A stretch of DNA of 64,000 bases. It comes from the human T2T-CHM13v2.0 reference genome, Homo sapiens. Below the pieces are notes generated by a model. The model did not search any database. It was not told where the DNA came from and worked only from the letters and a program-made list of their open reading frames with translations. Shown one piece after another: positions 40,480 through 53,435 of this stretch (position 1 is the first letter of the stretch; each line of letters opens with the position of its first letter). A program made the translations under genes and the position numbers. The stretch lies in the NCBI RefSeq assembly GCF_009914755.1, contig NC_060938.1; one strand, 5' to 3'.

Positions 40480-40970
40480 GAAGCTGAAAGACCTCGGAAC
40501 ACAAGCGTTTTGCTTGGTCACTAAGCCTAGACAAATGTAAGTTTCCCCGCCCCAGCTCCCCTCAGCCTGTCACACAAAAGCGTTCACATCAGCAGTCGTC
40601 AGCGGCGATGTCAGGCGCCGTGTCGTTCTTCAAACCCTTGGGAAAGCTTTAGCTTCTCAAGCCAATTGCACTGCATTGTCAGTAGGGGTGTCCGTGAGCT
40701 CCCCCTCGTGGCTGAAGGCCAGCATCTCTGTTAGGCTTAACTGAGCCCAGTCTCCCTGCCTCTGAGCCTGGCCACTTCCCAGGCCAGACGTGGAGGAGAC
40801 ACTTGCCGCTCAGTGCTGTCCAGAGGAGCATGATGAAAATAGCTGGTGTCTTGGCTATCCTGGAAATCTGAGCGACTCCATTTAATTCTCCTACGAGGGC
40901 CAGGCGAGGTGGTCTTTGACTCAGCTTCAGCACTCCATGGAGGGCCCTTGGCCTAACCATGAGAACGAAT
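40480..40970. promoter_or_regulatory. CpG-enriched unique patch with a candidate CTCF site, GC box and CCAAT
   Basis: About 18 CpGs in ~500 bp by manual count; minus-strand CAGCCACGAGGGGGAGCTC (40696-40714); CCCCGCCCC 40545-40553; GCCAAT 40661-40666. Confidence 0.55.
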
Positions 40971-41299
40971 TCCAGTTGCAACCAAAGCTTGTTTGTACAG
41001 TGAAATGAATAAATGTGTTTAAACCTAGGTTCTGACTTCTTACCAGTCTGTGTTGCTAAAATACCAAAGAGTAATTATAACGATATTTCTAGTTAACAAT
41101 TTTTGTGTGTCTGCTATAACATTTAAATTAGACTAAATTCAGCTGTTTGAATGCCCTCTGACAATATTTTTTCTCTCAGCTCCATGACTGTTTTATCACT
41201 CCATACTCACTTGACCTAATCGGCACCATCCTGCACTCTGAAATGTTTATACTGTTAAATGAATTTTTAATCTAACTTTTACAGCATTCAATTTCAGTT

Positions 41300-41800
41300 T
41301 CATCAGCCATCCACAGTGTAATATCTAATGTTTTAAAATAATCTAGACAGTTACAAAAGGGGAGGGGGAGGGGGAAAATCGTCGTGTTATGAAGCAAATG
41401 ATTAATTAAAGCAAATTAAATTCTGGCAGCTCTTGCTATCATTATCATGTGTTCCCCGACTAGACTAATAAATCTTTGTTGAGAATGTGTGCTTTCACAA
41501 GGTTCAAGAGTCACCTGGGAAAGGCCATTATTGACTAATATTTTTGTATTGCTGTTAGTTTTATTTTCTAATACCCTATAGAATAACAGCTAATCTTTCT
41601 CAAACATTTAGAGTGCATTCATAAATCCCACTTTGCTCACTCTTTAGAGGTAGGTTTGAGAGGGGGTGGGAAACAAAATGATTTCTCTGTAGATGCAAGT
41701 AAATTACAATTAAGCAATACAGCTAATATGTCGGCAAATGCTGGAAAACCTAAAAAACACTATACTTTGAGCGCCTGCTGCATAATGCCGTCATAGCTGG
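41300..41800. promoter_or_regulatory. Candidate conserved non-coding element / enhancer
   Basis: No recognisable repeat; clustered homeodomain/POU-like words (GCAAATGATTAATTAAAGCAAATTAAATT); inference only. Confidence 0.35.
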
Positions 41801-42949
41801 GGCACAGTCCTGGGATTTCAGCAGCTGCAAACCTTCTCCAAACTGCACAGAAAAGCAAGAACAGCACAGCTCTCCTCTATTTTAGAGGTTTGCCTTCTTT
41901 CCTTTCTTTCCTAGGATCTGGCACTTCCACATTGAGGCAAATAACAATGCCGAGGCAAGCCGCTCTCTCTAAATCCAACCAAATGCTGCTGCCATGCAAA
42001 CTAGACAGTCTGCGTTGTTTCTGAAGGCACAGAAGGGAGATATTGACAGATATTTCAAGAAAAGAGCCACATACTTGCCTTTATTTAGACTGTTCAAAGT
42101 GCTGTCACTTAAATCAACCTTTAATAATTTTTTTCTGATCTCAAATATTGCAGTTTTAACATCCATACAATTCATTGCTTAATTTGTATGTTTTAAAGTA
42201 TATTTCCTACAACTTTCCCATTTGCTTTTCCTCTAGTTTAACCAGTTGTGTCCTTTTCATCCAAATCCTAGCAAATGCCAGTATCAACTGTAAGCTCAGT
42301 TCTCCATGGTCTCCAGTTACTGCATGTCACATTGTCTTAAAACTTATGAAGAGAAGGCACAGATTTATTTGAAGTCTGTGATACTGTGACAGAAAAAAAA
42401 GAAACAGTTTTATAACAATAATGTAAATACCAGGTCTAAATTTATTTTGAGGTTTGTTAAATGGGGTGGGGGGAGCACAATTCCCAAAAGCGAAATTTCA
42501 GATTGTAATGAATAATCACATGCCACTAAATATTTGTGCTGGTTTTGAGACAGCGTGCCCCATAAAACTCCAAGATGTGGTCGAATGTATTAATGTTGCT
42601 CTAGACAATTCAGGTTTCTCTATGTATTTAACCTCCACCCCTGCCATGGCCTTGTTAATTTTGATTTCTAAGTGACTTGGGTACGACTACAAAAACTAAA
42701 CATATGTTTAAATATGTACATACAGGCATTCCTTTTTTGCCCTTTCTAACTGCAGATTATGACGTGAGCTATGATTATCCATCAAAGTAATTTCCTCTAC
42801 CCACTCCCTCTCTCATCCTCCCACCCTCCACATTTGAACATGCTTCTCTTTTCCTTGGGGCTCCTGTTCAGCTTTCTGCAGCACAGATCCCTGCTGCCTC
42901 GGCCGCCTGGAAAATAGCCTACAGTGCAGCTCAGTATGGCAGCACATCC

Positions 42950-43650
42950 CCACGGCCTGGGTGTTTTTCCAGACGGTTTTAGAATGATTCGGTATCGCAT
43001 GAGTTAAAAAAAATTCCCCCTGGAAAAGCTAATTATTGCATGCAGATACTTCTTTGTGTGATCAAGGAGGGGACAATTTAATAGGCTCTGTAATACAACC
43101 AAGAACAAAATTGCTTTAAAGGAAGTCTCTTGTTGAGTGACAACTCTGTTGCCTGAGCCAATTAGGTCCCAATAAAGAGTGTTGAATTGGCTCCTGCTTT
43201 CTCATTAATTATGTTCTGTCACAGACATGGGGCTTGATTTAGCAATTTTGTATTACATTAAGATACTGAAAGGCCGGGAACAAATGGCTCACTCTGATAA
43301 TAGGCATTCTCTACACGGTGTGACATTTACTATCCAGCTGTCCGTAAGGCAGCCTAGCACTTCAGTTCAGGGGTTTATTTGTCATTGCTTCAAAGGGACA
43401 CTCAGCTTTTCACAAAAAAAGAAACAGAGAGGCTAATAGATAGGACAAAATGTACTGCTGATATGCTTTATTAGAGATAGGATGCTAGGGTTTTGCTAAC
43501 AAGCTCATCCGTTGGGACTCAGCCGACTTTGCTGCCAATCATCCTCTACACAAAGGCGCACTAGTTAACAAGGAGAAATGAATTACAGACACTTATTCTG
43601 CCGGTGGGATCACAAATACACCAATCTGTGAAAGAGGCACAAACTCCAGA
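42950..43650. promoter_or_regulatory. Candidate highly conserved developmental enhancer
   Basis: No recognisable repeat; dense TAATTA, TGACA/TGTCA, CTTCAAAG and CAGCTG motifs; inference only. Confidence 0.45.
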
Positions 43651-44723
43651 GACAAACTACATATTTGTCAATAACCTCCTAGAAAGAACCCTAGTAATTC
43701 TTTGAAGACCTTTGATTTAGCTTCCCTCTAAAATACATGTATAGGAAATGTTTTAGTTACCATGACATTCTTTCTTTGTTATTTGTACAAATTTTCATCA
43801 CATTAAAAACAGAAAACTGAGGAGGTCTGCAAATGTTTTAGTAGGTATCTATACACTACTTTTCATATCCCACCACGGGGAGCTGCTGCTTTGGTTATTT
43901 CATTAAGAACAACAGAAAATTAAATCTTTAAACTTTAGGTTTGAGCTGTAATCCACCAATGCCACAGGAAATAATCTATAACTCTGAATTTATCGTGTAT
44001 ACCAATTAAGAGAGCAAGGTTAGGGACCGAATGAAAACCAAGTCTGTCTGCTTAAATAATTAGATGACTTTTAAATCATAAATATGTGTGTTTGTGTATA
44101 TGTATATGAATTTACAATACAGAAACATGAACCTAAATCAATGTCTCTATATATTAAATATGGTGAAATATTTTATACATTGTATTTATGAAACTAAGCC
44201 AAATCTCTGACAGTAGCATTGATCAACATATTTGCCATTTATATTATTTAAACATTCTCCTGCAAATATATCACAGAGAAGGACCTATTGTTGATAACAA
44301 AAAAAAAAATCTTCAGCTGAAGCTTACCTACTGACCACATGAGATTAATCAAATCTGAATATGTCATTTCAGGTTAATTACAAAACAGCTCTCCAGAATA
44401 GTTCCTAGAGACAGTACACTGCATTCATCTGATTGCAGGCTGCATCAATTCACTTAATTTATTCTTCTGCCATCTTGGATGATAGCAACTTTAGGCTCAA
44501 CTATGGAAGAGATGAAAGGATAAAGAGGACACAAGGATTTACAAGACTTCCTTTCCTCAGACAGAAACTCAAAGTATGTGAAGGCCTGTTGAGCTCAGTT
44601 GCAGCCTCAGGAAGAATAGTCCATCTCTCCTGCTTTTACTCTTTCAAGAGGCTCAAAGCATTCTCTTCCAATTGGTAAAGGCACCTCAAGGAGCAACATG
44701 GTGCCCCCGTAAGGAAGCTACTT

Positions 44724-44751
44724 TTCCTGAACTAGTCTTCTAGTTCAGGAA
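44724..44751. repeat. Perfect 12-bp inverted repeat with a 4-nt loop
   Basis: TTCCTGAACTAG-TCTT-CTAGTTCAGGAA. Confidence 0.95.
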
Positions 44752-46159
44752 CATGGATTCTCTGCCTCCTCTATTTGCCTATACTTTCCTTAATTCTTGG
44801 GTATCTGAAATTCTAAAGAATCCTATCTTTGTTGACTTACTAATGTAATAACTGCAGGAAAAGGTGGCCATGAAGCAGAGATGCAGGAGGTCTACTTGCT
44901 CTACCTGTGTGTAGGATACAACTCTTTCTTGTTCTGGTTCCCATCAGCAGAAAAGGATGAATAAACTAATCCATTTGAAGAAGGAGGTCTTAATATAACC
45001 CCTTAAACATTTTTTCCAACTTCTAAATCTTTAAAAAGTAATTTTTGATGAGGCACACTCCAAATCATCTCTTTTATTTTAAAATAAAGCCTTTATAATG
45101 TAAGAGAAAGAGAAAACAAAAATCATGTAAAAATACGGTGATTTTTTTCCCATCTCTTCACCCCCGCCCACAAGAAAACATCATATGCGAGAAAGAAGTT
45201 GCAATGTAACTTCTCAGCACCAATAATACCCAGGAATCATATTTTTTAAAAGCATGGATTGAACACAGACCTGGCTGAAAGAGCTTACAATCTAAGGGAA
45301 CCATGAAGTCCTTTTTTTTCTCTCTCTCTCTAAAATTTTCCATGTTTCTATTTTAGAAAAGACTTTGTGGTAGGTAAATAATATACACAATAGAGGCAAG
45401 AATCATCTTATCCTCACTTAGTAGGGTCTTTATCTTCACTATTCAGGTACTCTATAAGGTTGAAATCTTTCAAAAAGCGATAGCCCCCCTCAGGCTGAAG
45501 CAAAGGTATTTATATAGACAATAAGTATTTATGCAGCAATTTATATTTTCAAAGCCTTTTGTAACCACTCATTAGTTCATCTAAATAATTTCTGTCTGAA
45601 GTATGTGAGTGCTTTGTTTCCCAGGCACAGAGAATCAGGTTCAGGGAGGTGACTGACATGCCCCAGTTAGATCCGACATAAGGAATGATTGTATCTCAGA
45701 ATAGGTTTCCTAAGCATTTTGTGGAAACTTCTTTTCTTCAAGTCTTTAAAAATAGGTCAGAACTCTACTGAAATACTTTAGTTATGATTTTGTTGTGGTT
45801 TGTCTGTGGACAAAGTAACTGAGTAGGTGATTCCGGCTCTTGTAACCCTGGCTTTATATACTCTTGGGATGTTTATGACCACAGGAAGGCTCAGGAGCAG
45901 GCTGGAAATTGAGGGACAAAACTAATGTCTCTACCTTGGGGATTGAGTCTTGCTACCAATAAATACTATGAAGGGCCATTTGGGGAAACATTTTAAAAAA
46001 TGCTTTCTTGGAAATATATTTCCATGGCCATGCCAAAGTAGATGTGGAGTGCAAACCCCACATGCATGATCATGTTCATCTCAAAAAACCCTATTCTGTT
46101 ACTCCCTTTAGTTGCCTACTAATATGCTAATTCTACCTCTACTTCTTCTCTTAAGCTAC

Positions 46160-46790
46160 TGTGGTAGCTGGACTCCAAAGATGGCCTCCATTAATTCCTT
46201 TCCTCTTCCTCTGCTCAAGTGTGGTCTCTAGCATTTGGGCTTCGTAGGACTGCTCTGACCACTAGATATGGTGAAAGTGATGCTGTCAACCCTCATTAAA
46301 TAGTTTGGATATTGGTTCCTTCCAAATCTCATGTTGAAATGTGATCCCCAGTGTTGGAGGTGGGGCCTGGTGGAAGGTATTTGGGTTATGGGGGCACATC
46401 CTTCATAAATGGCTTGGTGCCTCCCCATGGTAATGAGTGAGCTCTGGTTCTGTTGGTTCATGCAAGAGCTAGTTGTAAAAGAGCATGGCACCTTCTTCCT
46501 CTTCCTCTTGTTCTCACTCCTACCATCTGACTTGCCTGCTCCCCCTCTACTTCTGCCATGATTATAGGCTTCCTGGGGTCTCACCAGAAGCTGAGCAGAT
46601 GCTGGTGCCATGCTTGTACATCCTGCAGAACAGTGAGCCAAATAAACCTCTTTTCTTTATAAATTACTCAGTCTCAGGTATTTCTTTATAGCAATGCAAA
46701 ATAGGCTAATACATCTCAGAACTATGAAGATAATAATAGTTATTTTAAGCCACTGTTTTAGAGTAACTTAAAATAGATCACCAGAATAAC
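46160..46790 (+). mobile_element. Old MLT1-family MaLR LTR split by an MST insertion
   Basis: 5' part TGTGGTAGCTGGACTCCAAAGATGGCCTCC...GAAAGTGATGCTGT; 3' part CAGAACTATGAAGATAATAA...TTTTAAGCCACTGTTTTAGAGTAA. Confidence 0.7.
46296..46713 (+). mobile_element. MSTB-like MaLR solo LTR
   Basis: ATAGTTTGGATATTGGTTCCTTCCAAATCTCATGTTGAAATGTGATCCCC...TTTCTTTATAGCAATGCAAAATAGGCTAATACA; TSD CCTCA/TCTCA (4/5). Confidence 0.92.
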
Positions 46791-46899
46791 CACTATCAGT
46801 GTTGTCTTCTCCATCGCCCTATGTCACAGCTATGAGAGAAAGCTACAGGCTGGGATAAGCTAGCTTAACATAGAAGAATAGGGCTTCTGAGAATTGGCA

Positions 46900-47110
46900 G
46901 CATAGCACAAAGGACTAAAGTCAGTCTTGCGAAACCTTGGGAAAGTGATTTTACCTAAGTATCCAGTCTCCTCATCTGTGAAATGAGACTAATGATATTA
47001 CCTCAAAAGATTATGAGGATTTAATGTCCTAAACGATGTTAAACACCTAACATAGTGCTAAGACAGGCAGGTCCTTAAGAGTTATTAATATTTTTATTAT
47101 CATTACTGTT
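46900..47110 (+). mobile_element. MIR SINE
   Basis: ACCTTGGGAAAGTGATTTTACCT...CAGTCTCCTCATCTGTGAAATGAG. Confidence 0.75.
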
Positions 47111-47129
47111 ATTAGTAATATTACCTAAG

Positions 47130-47700
47130 CATGCCAGACTCCCTTTTGAATATCTGTCCCATCCACAAGCCATTGCCCTTTCTCATAATTGCTTTCAGAT
47201 TCATTAACGTGGGCATCCAGAAGACACTGTGTATGATCCCACCCCTACATCTTAGCTAATCGGACTAGAACAAAACAATTGACCTGAGCTAGGCCAATCA
47301 GATTCTTGATCCTCTCTGATGGGAAATGAGACTGAGAAAAGCCCATTCATTTCTGTGTGCAGCTGCAGTAAGAATGTGTAATAGGGGAGCTAAAAGATGC
47401 TCAAACTCCACTTTGTGAACACAGAAAGTCATGTTGGGGGAAGTGGGGAGAGTAGAGAAAGAGAGAGGAGAAGAATTAGAAACAGAAATAGATTTAGGAG
47501 GAGGAGAATGAGGAGGAGGAGGAAAGGAGAGTGTTTTCTAGAACTCTGGTTTTCTAGGTTCTGTTTCTTGACTCTTTCTGAGACCCAATTGTAATCCTTC
47601 TCTAGGGTGTTGTAAGATAGCCCTAAATCCTTATATCATCATTCCCCTTTCTCTTAAGATAACTAAGTTGTTTTCTCTTATGCATCCGAAGAGTCCAAAA
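47130..47700 (+). mobile_element. Ancient ERVL LTR (LTR33-like)
   Basis: GACCTGAGCTAGGCCAATCAGATTCT...GGGAAATGAGACTGAGA, central GA-rich run, 3' ATTCCCCTTTCTCTTAAGATAACTAAGTTG; boundaries approximate. Confidence 0.55.
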
Positions 47701-47869
47701 GAAAAGGAGAGGGACGGAAGGAGGAAGCTCCCTATGAGATGCTATCAGCAGCCTCCCTATGACAAAAAGCAGTCAGGACCCAACCTAAATCCACTGAAGG
47801 CTTAAGCCTTACCCATCTCTGTTTCTCTGCCACTAAGGCTGTTTATTATTGCTAGAATGGTCCAATGTC

Positions 47870-50800
47870 TTTTTTTCTGATAACAGCTTTATTGAGGTAT
47901 AATTTACTAACCATACACTTCACCCATTTAAGGTGTACAATTCAACAGTTTTTGGTATATTTGCAAAGTTGTACATTTGTCCTCACAATTTTAGAATATT
48001 CAATCACCCCTAAAAGAAATCACGCACCCATTAACAGTCACTTTTCATTTTCTTTCTCCCCAACCACCAATTCCCCTCCCCCTCCCCCCGACCTCTAAGC
48101 AACCACTACTTTCTACTTTCTTTATCTATAAACATGCCTATTTTGGGCATTTCATACAAATGGAATTATACAATATGTGACCTTTTGTGACCGGTTTCTT
48201 TCATTTAGTTCCTTAAATATTCATTTGATGTTTTCAGGTTTCATCCATTGTAACATGAATCAGTACTTCTTTCATTTTTATTGATGAATAATATTACATT
48301 CTATGGGAGAAAATTTTTGCAAACTATGCATCTGGCAAAGGTCTAATATCCAGCATCTATAAGGAACTTAAACAAGTTTACAAGAAAAAAAAAACAAACA
48401 ACCCCATTAAAAAGTAGGCAGAGTGAAAAGACACTTTTCAAAAAAAAGACACTTTTCAAAAAAAGACATAGATGATGCCAACAATCATATGAAAAAGAGC
48501 TCCACATCACTGTTCACTAGAGAAATGCAAATCAAAACCACAATGAGATACCATCTCACACCAGTCAGAATGGCTATTATTAAAATGTCAAAAAAATAAC
48601 AGATGCTGGCAAGGTTGCAGAGAAAAAGAAAGGCTTATACAGTTTTGGTGGGAGTGTAAATTAGTTTGACCATTGACAGTGTGGTGATTCCTCAAAGACC
48701 TAAAGACAGAAATACCATTAGACCCAGCAATCCCATTATTGGGTATATACCCAAGGGAATATAAATCATTGTATTATAAAGACACATGCACACAAATTTT
48801 CATTGCAGCACTATTCACAACAGCAAAGACATAGAATCAACCTAAATGCCCATCAATGATAGACTGGATAAAGAAAATCTGGTACATATACACCATGGAA
48901 TACTATGCAGCCATAAAAAAGAAAAAGATCACATCCTTTTCAGGAACATGGATGGAGCTGGAGGCTATTAACGTTAGCAAACTAACACAAGAACAGAAAA
49001 CCAAATACCGCATGTTCTCACTTATAAGTGGAAGCTAAATGATGAGAGTACATGGACACATAGAGGGGGACAACACACACTGGGTCCTATTGGAGGGTGG
49101 AGGTTGGGAGGAGGGAGAGGATCAGGATAAATAATTAGTGGGTACTAGGCTTAATACCTGGGTGATGAAATAATCTGTACAACAATCCCCCATGACACAA
49201 GTTTACCTATATAACAAACTGCCAATGTACCCCTGAACTTAAAAATTAAAAAACATTTCATTCTGTAGATACATCACCTTTTATTTGTTTATTCACCAGT
49301 TGATGGATATTTGTATTGTTCCCACATTTTGGCTATTATAAATAATACTGCTATGAACATTCATGTACAAATTTTTGTATGGAAATATGCTTTCATTTCT
49401 CTTGCCTCTATATCTAGAAATAGAATTGCTGGATCATTGGTAACTCTATGTTTAATAGTCAGTTTTCCAAAGTGAAGACACCATTTTATATTCTCACCAG
49501 TAATGTATGAGAGTTGTAATTTCTTCACATTCTTGTCAGCACTTCTTATTTTCTTTTTTGTTATAGCCTTCCAGCGTGTATGAAGTGGTTATCACATTGT
49601 GGCTTTTACTTGCATTTCCTTAGTGACATTTATGTTGAGAATCATTTCATGTGCTTATTGACCATTTGCAAATTTTCTTTGAAGAAATGTCTGTTCAAAT
49701 CCATTGCTCATTTTTTATTTGGGTTGTTTGTCTTTTTGTTGAGTTGTAAAAAGTCTTTATACATTCTAGATACAAATCTCTTAGATATATAATTTACAAA
49801 TATTATCTCCCAATCAATGGGTTGTCTTTTCACTTTCTTGATGGTGCCCTTTGAATAAAAAAAGCTTTAAATTTTGATGAGGTCTATTTTGTCTATTTTT
49901 TCTTTAGTTGCTGGTGCTTTCAGAGGCATGTCTAAGAAATAATTCCCAAAATGAAGGTTATGAAGATTGCCCCCTGTGTTTTCTTCTAAGAATTTTATAG
50001 TTTTTATTCTTACATTTAGGTCTTTAATTCATTTTAAGTTAATTTTTTAAATGGTGTGAGGTATGGGTCCAACTTCATTTTTTTACATGTAGATATTCAA
50101 TTATCCTAACATTACTTGAAAAGACTATTTTTCCCCTGTTGAATTGTATTGGTACCCTTGTGAAAAATCAATTGACCATAAATATGAATGTTTATTTCTG
50201 AATTTTCAATTCTATTCCATTGATTTATTTATATTTTTCTATGCCATGACTATGCTATCTTGATTACTATAGCTTTGTAGTAAATTTTGAAATTAAGAAA
50301 TAGCAATCTCTTGCTTTGACCTTCCTTTTCAAGAGTATTTGAGTATTCTGGGTCTCTTGAATTTCTATATGAATTTTAGGATCTGCTCATCAATTTCTGC
50401 CAGGAAGTCAACTAGGATTTTGATATAGATTGTGTTGACTCTACAGATCAATTTGGAGAGTGTCACTATCTGAACAATATTAAGTTTCTGATCTATGAAC
50501 ATGCAATGCCTTTTCATTTTAAATTTCTGTCCACAATGTGTTATGGTTTTCACAGTATAGTTTTGCATTTCTTTTTTAAAAATTATTCCTAAGCACTTAT
50601 TCTTTTTTGATGCCATTATAAATGGAATTTACAATTTTCTTAGTTTCATTTTTGCATCATTCATTATAAGTGTATAGAAATACAATTGATTTTTGTATAT
50701 TGATCTTGTATCCTATAACCATGTTGAGTTTATTAGTGGATTCCTTAAGATTTTTTGTATATAAGATCATATCACCTGCAACGAAGAGAGTTCTATTTAT

Positions 50801-50970
50801 TCTTTTCTAATCTAGGTATCTTTTACTTCATTTTCCTGCCTTATTGCTCTGGCAAGAACCTCTAATGCAATGTTAAACAGTGAATGAGAGTAGACATCCT
50901 TGTCTTGTTCCTGATCTTGGGGGAAAGCATTCAGTCTTTCACCATTAAGTATGATGGTAGCTGCTGGTTT
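47870..50970 (-). mobile_element. L1MB-type LINE (3' ~2.1 kb) interrupted by a younger L1PA
   Basis: Antisense L1MB 3' end AACAGCTTTATTGAGGTATAATTTAC...; resumes after ~49252 and runs to GGGAAAGCATTCAGTCTTTCACCATTAAGTATGATG; minus ORF 50365-50616 is a decayed ORF2 peptide. Confidence 0.9.
48303..49251 (+). mobile_element. 5'-truncated L1PA (older subfamily) nested in opposite orientation
   Basis: ORF2 C-terminus (DWIKKIWYIYTMEYYAAIKK...MFSLISGS*), 3' UTR and A tail; TSD AATATTACATTCT (48290-48302) / AACATTTCATTCT (49252-49264). Confidence 0.95.
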
Positions 50971-51042
50971 CCAATGTCTTTTTGGTCACTAAATATCCAG
51001 GTTATAACACATATATGAACACCAAATCTTCATATTTACAAA

Positions 51043-51392
51043 TGTCTTAGTCTATTTGGGCCACTATAACAAAATGCCTTACACTGGATATTTATAAATA
51101 ATCAAAATTTATTGCTCACAGTTCTGGAGGCTGGGAAGTTGAACATCAAGGTGCCAGCAGATTCAGTATCTGGTGAGGGCCCATTCCTCATAGATGGTAC
51201 CTTCTATGTGTCCTCACATGGCATAAAAGAAAACATAACTGGAGCCTCTTTTTTAAAGGCATTAATCCCATTCATAAGGGTAGAGCCATCATGACCTAAT
51301 CACTTCCCAAAGGCCCTGCCTTCTAATACCAATCACCTTTGTGATTAGCTTCAAACATATGAATTCTGAGGGGTCACATGTATGCTATAGCA
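51043..51392 (-). mobile_element. MLT1A-like MaLR solo LTR
   Basis: TGTCTTAGTCTATTTGGG...CACAGTTCTGGAGGCTGGGAAGT...CTATAGCA; perfect TSD ACAAA (51038-51042 / 51393-51397). Confidence 0.9.
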
Positions 51393-51918
51393 ACAAATAT
51401 TAGTAAATTTTGTTCACTTTTTATAGAAACTTGAAAAACTCTGTTAGCATCCATATTCCAGCATATTTATAGAGATATAACGGCAACACTTTACCTTGGA
51501 TCACAGACAGAAGTATACTGGAATGAGTTTCATAATATTGTCCTGGTTGTCCTCTTAACCCTTAGACCTATTCTGAATGTCACTCTTCTGCAAACTGAAG
51601 ATACTAGCACTAGTTTCTTCTACCTCTCTGTGAGAACCATGTGAGTAAATATAAAAAGTACTTTGGAAAATGCAACAACTTAGGCAAATATAAAGAATTA
51701 TTATTTATCCCTACTAAACTTTTTAAAGCTTTTCTCATGTGTTCATAATATTGTTGAAGAAATCAACTCCTTCCCACCCTTTATGTGTATAATTGATGAT
51801 TCTGTATTATTAATATAGAAATATTTTTTAAATTTTCAATCTAGACAAAAGAAGATTTCCACTAAAACCAAGGCTGCTTACTTTTCATTAAAAACTAGAA
51901 TTCAGACTCAACATTTAA

Positions 51919-52225
<307 letters not shown>

Positions 52226-53065
52226 TTCTACATATTTTTAAGTGAAGATTTTAACCTAAATCAGAAAAAATATTTTGAAATTATTCACAAGTTAATTTTT
52301 TCTTAAATATTTTTAAACTTGTATGGTTGCTACAAATATGTCAGTTTAAATCTCTGCCCTTCAGTTTTCATCATTTGTTAATTGAGGGAGCTAAAAAGCA
52401 TGACTTATAAAATCCTTTACAATGACAAAATTCATAATTTTCAGAGTCTACGAAAGTAAGATTTTTAAGCTGATGTAAAATTTTTCTGAAGACTAATTCA
52501 AGTAGCTGTCTGATTTATGATAATGCCTATTTCAAATATTATTTTTGAATTCTCTGTTAAATGATATTTTTTAACTTTTTAAAAAACGAGTACAATTTTT
52601 TCCTTTGAAATTAAATAGATTACTTGGTTTCCAACATTTAATTATGTCTATCATCAGAAAAACTTTTCGCTTAATGGAATTATTTAAACAATATTATATT
52701 AATGGAAAACATTATTCTCAGGACTAATTAGGTGCCTTTGATGTGAACTCCTTTGCATTCACTGTATGCATGACATACTACTGTCTTATAGTGCAATGAA
52801 TAGCAGAGCAATGATGATTCAATAAATGTAGATCCATTTTGCATATTTGCATAACTTAAGAAATACCAACATCATTTTCTGAGAAGCCTTCCCTGATTTT
52901 CAGCCTAGATCCAATTTCTCTGACATATGTTCACAAAGCTGCATACTTTTCCTTCACAGTATTAAGTATCTAATATCACATTTCTTTGTTAATAATTATT
53001 AATGTCGATCTACCCACTAGAGTGCCATTGCTTTCCTAGTGTTACATGAATAAATGAATCAGTGA

Positions 53066-53435
<370 letters not shown>

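Noticed and set aside
41359-41374. G-quadruplex candidate
   Set aside because: Only three G-runs
46228-46691. 137-aa and 68-aa ORFs
   Set aside because: They lie within the MST/MLT1 LTR sequence
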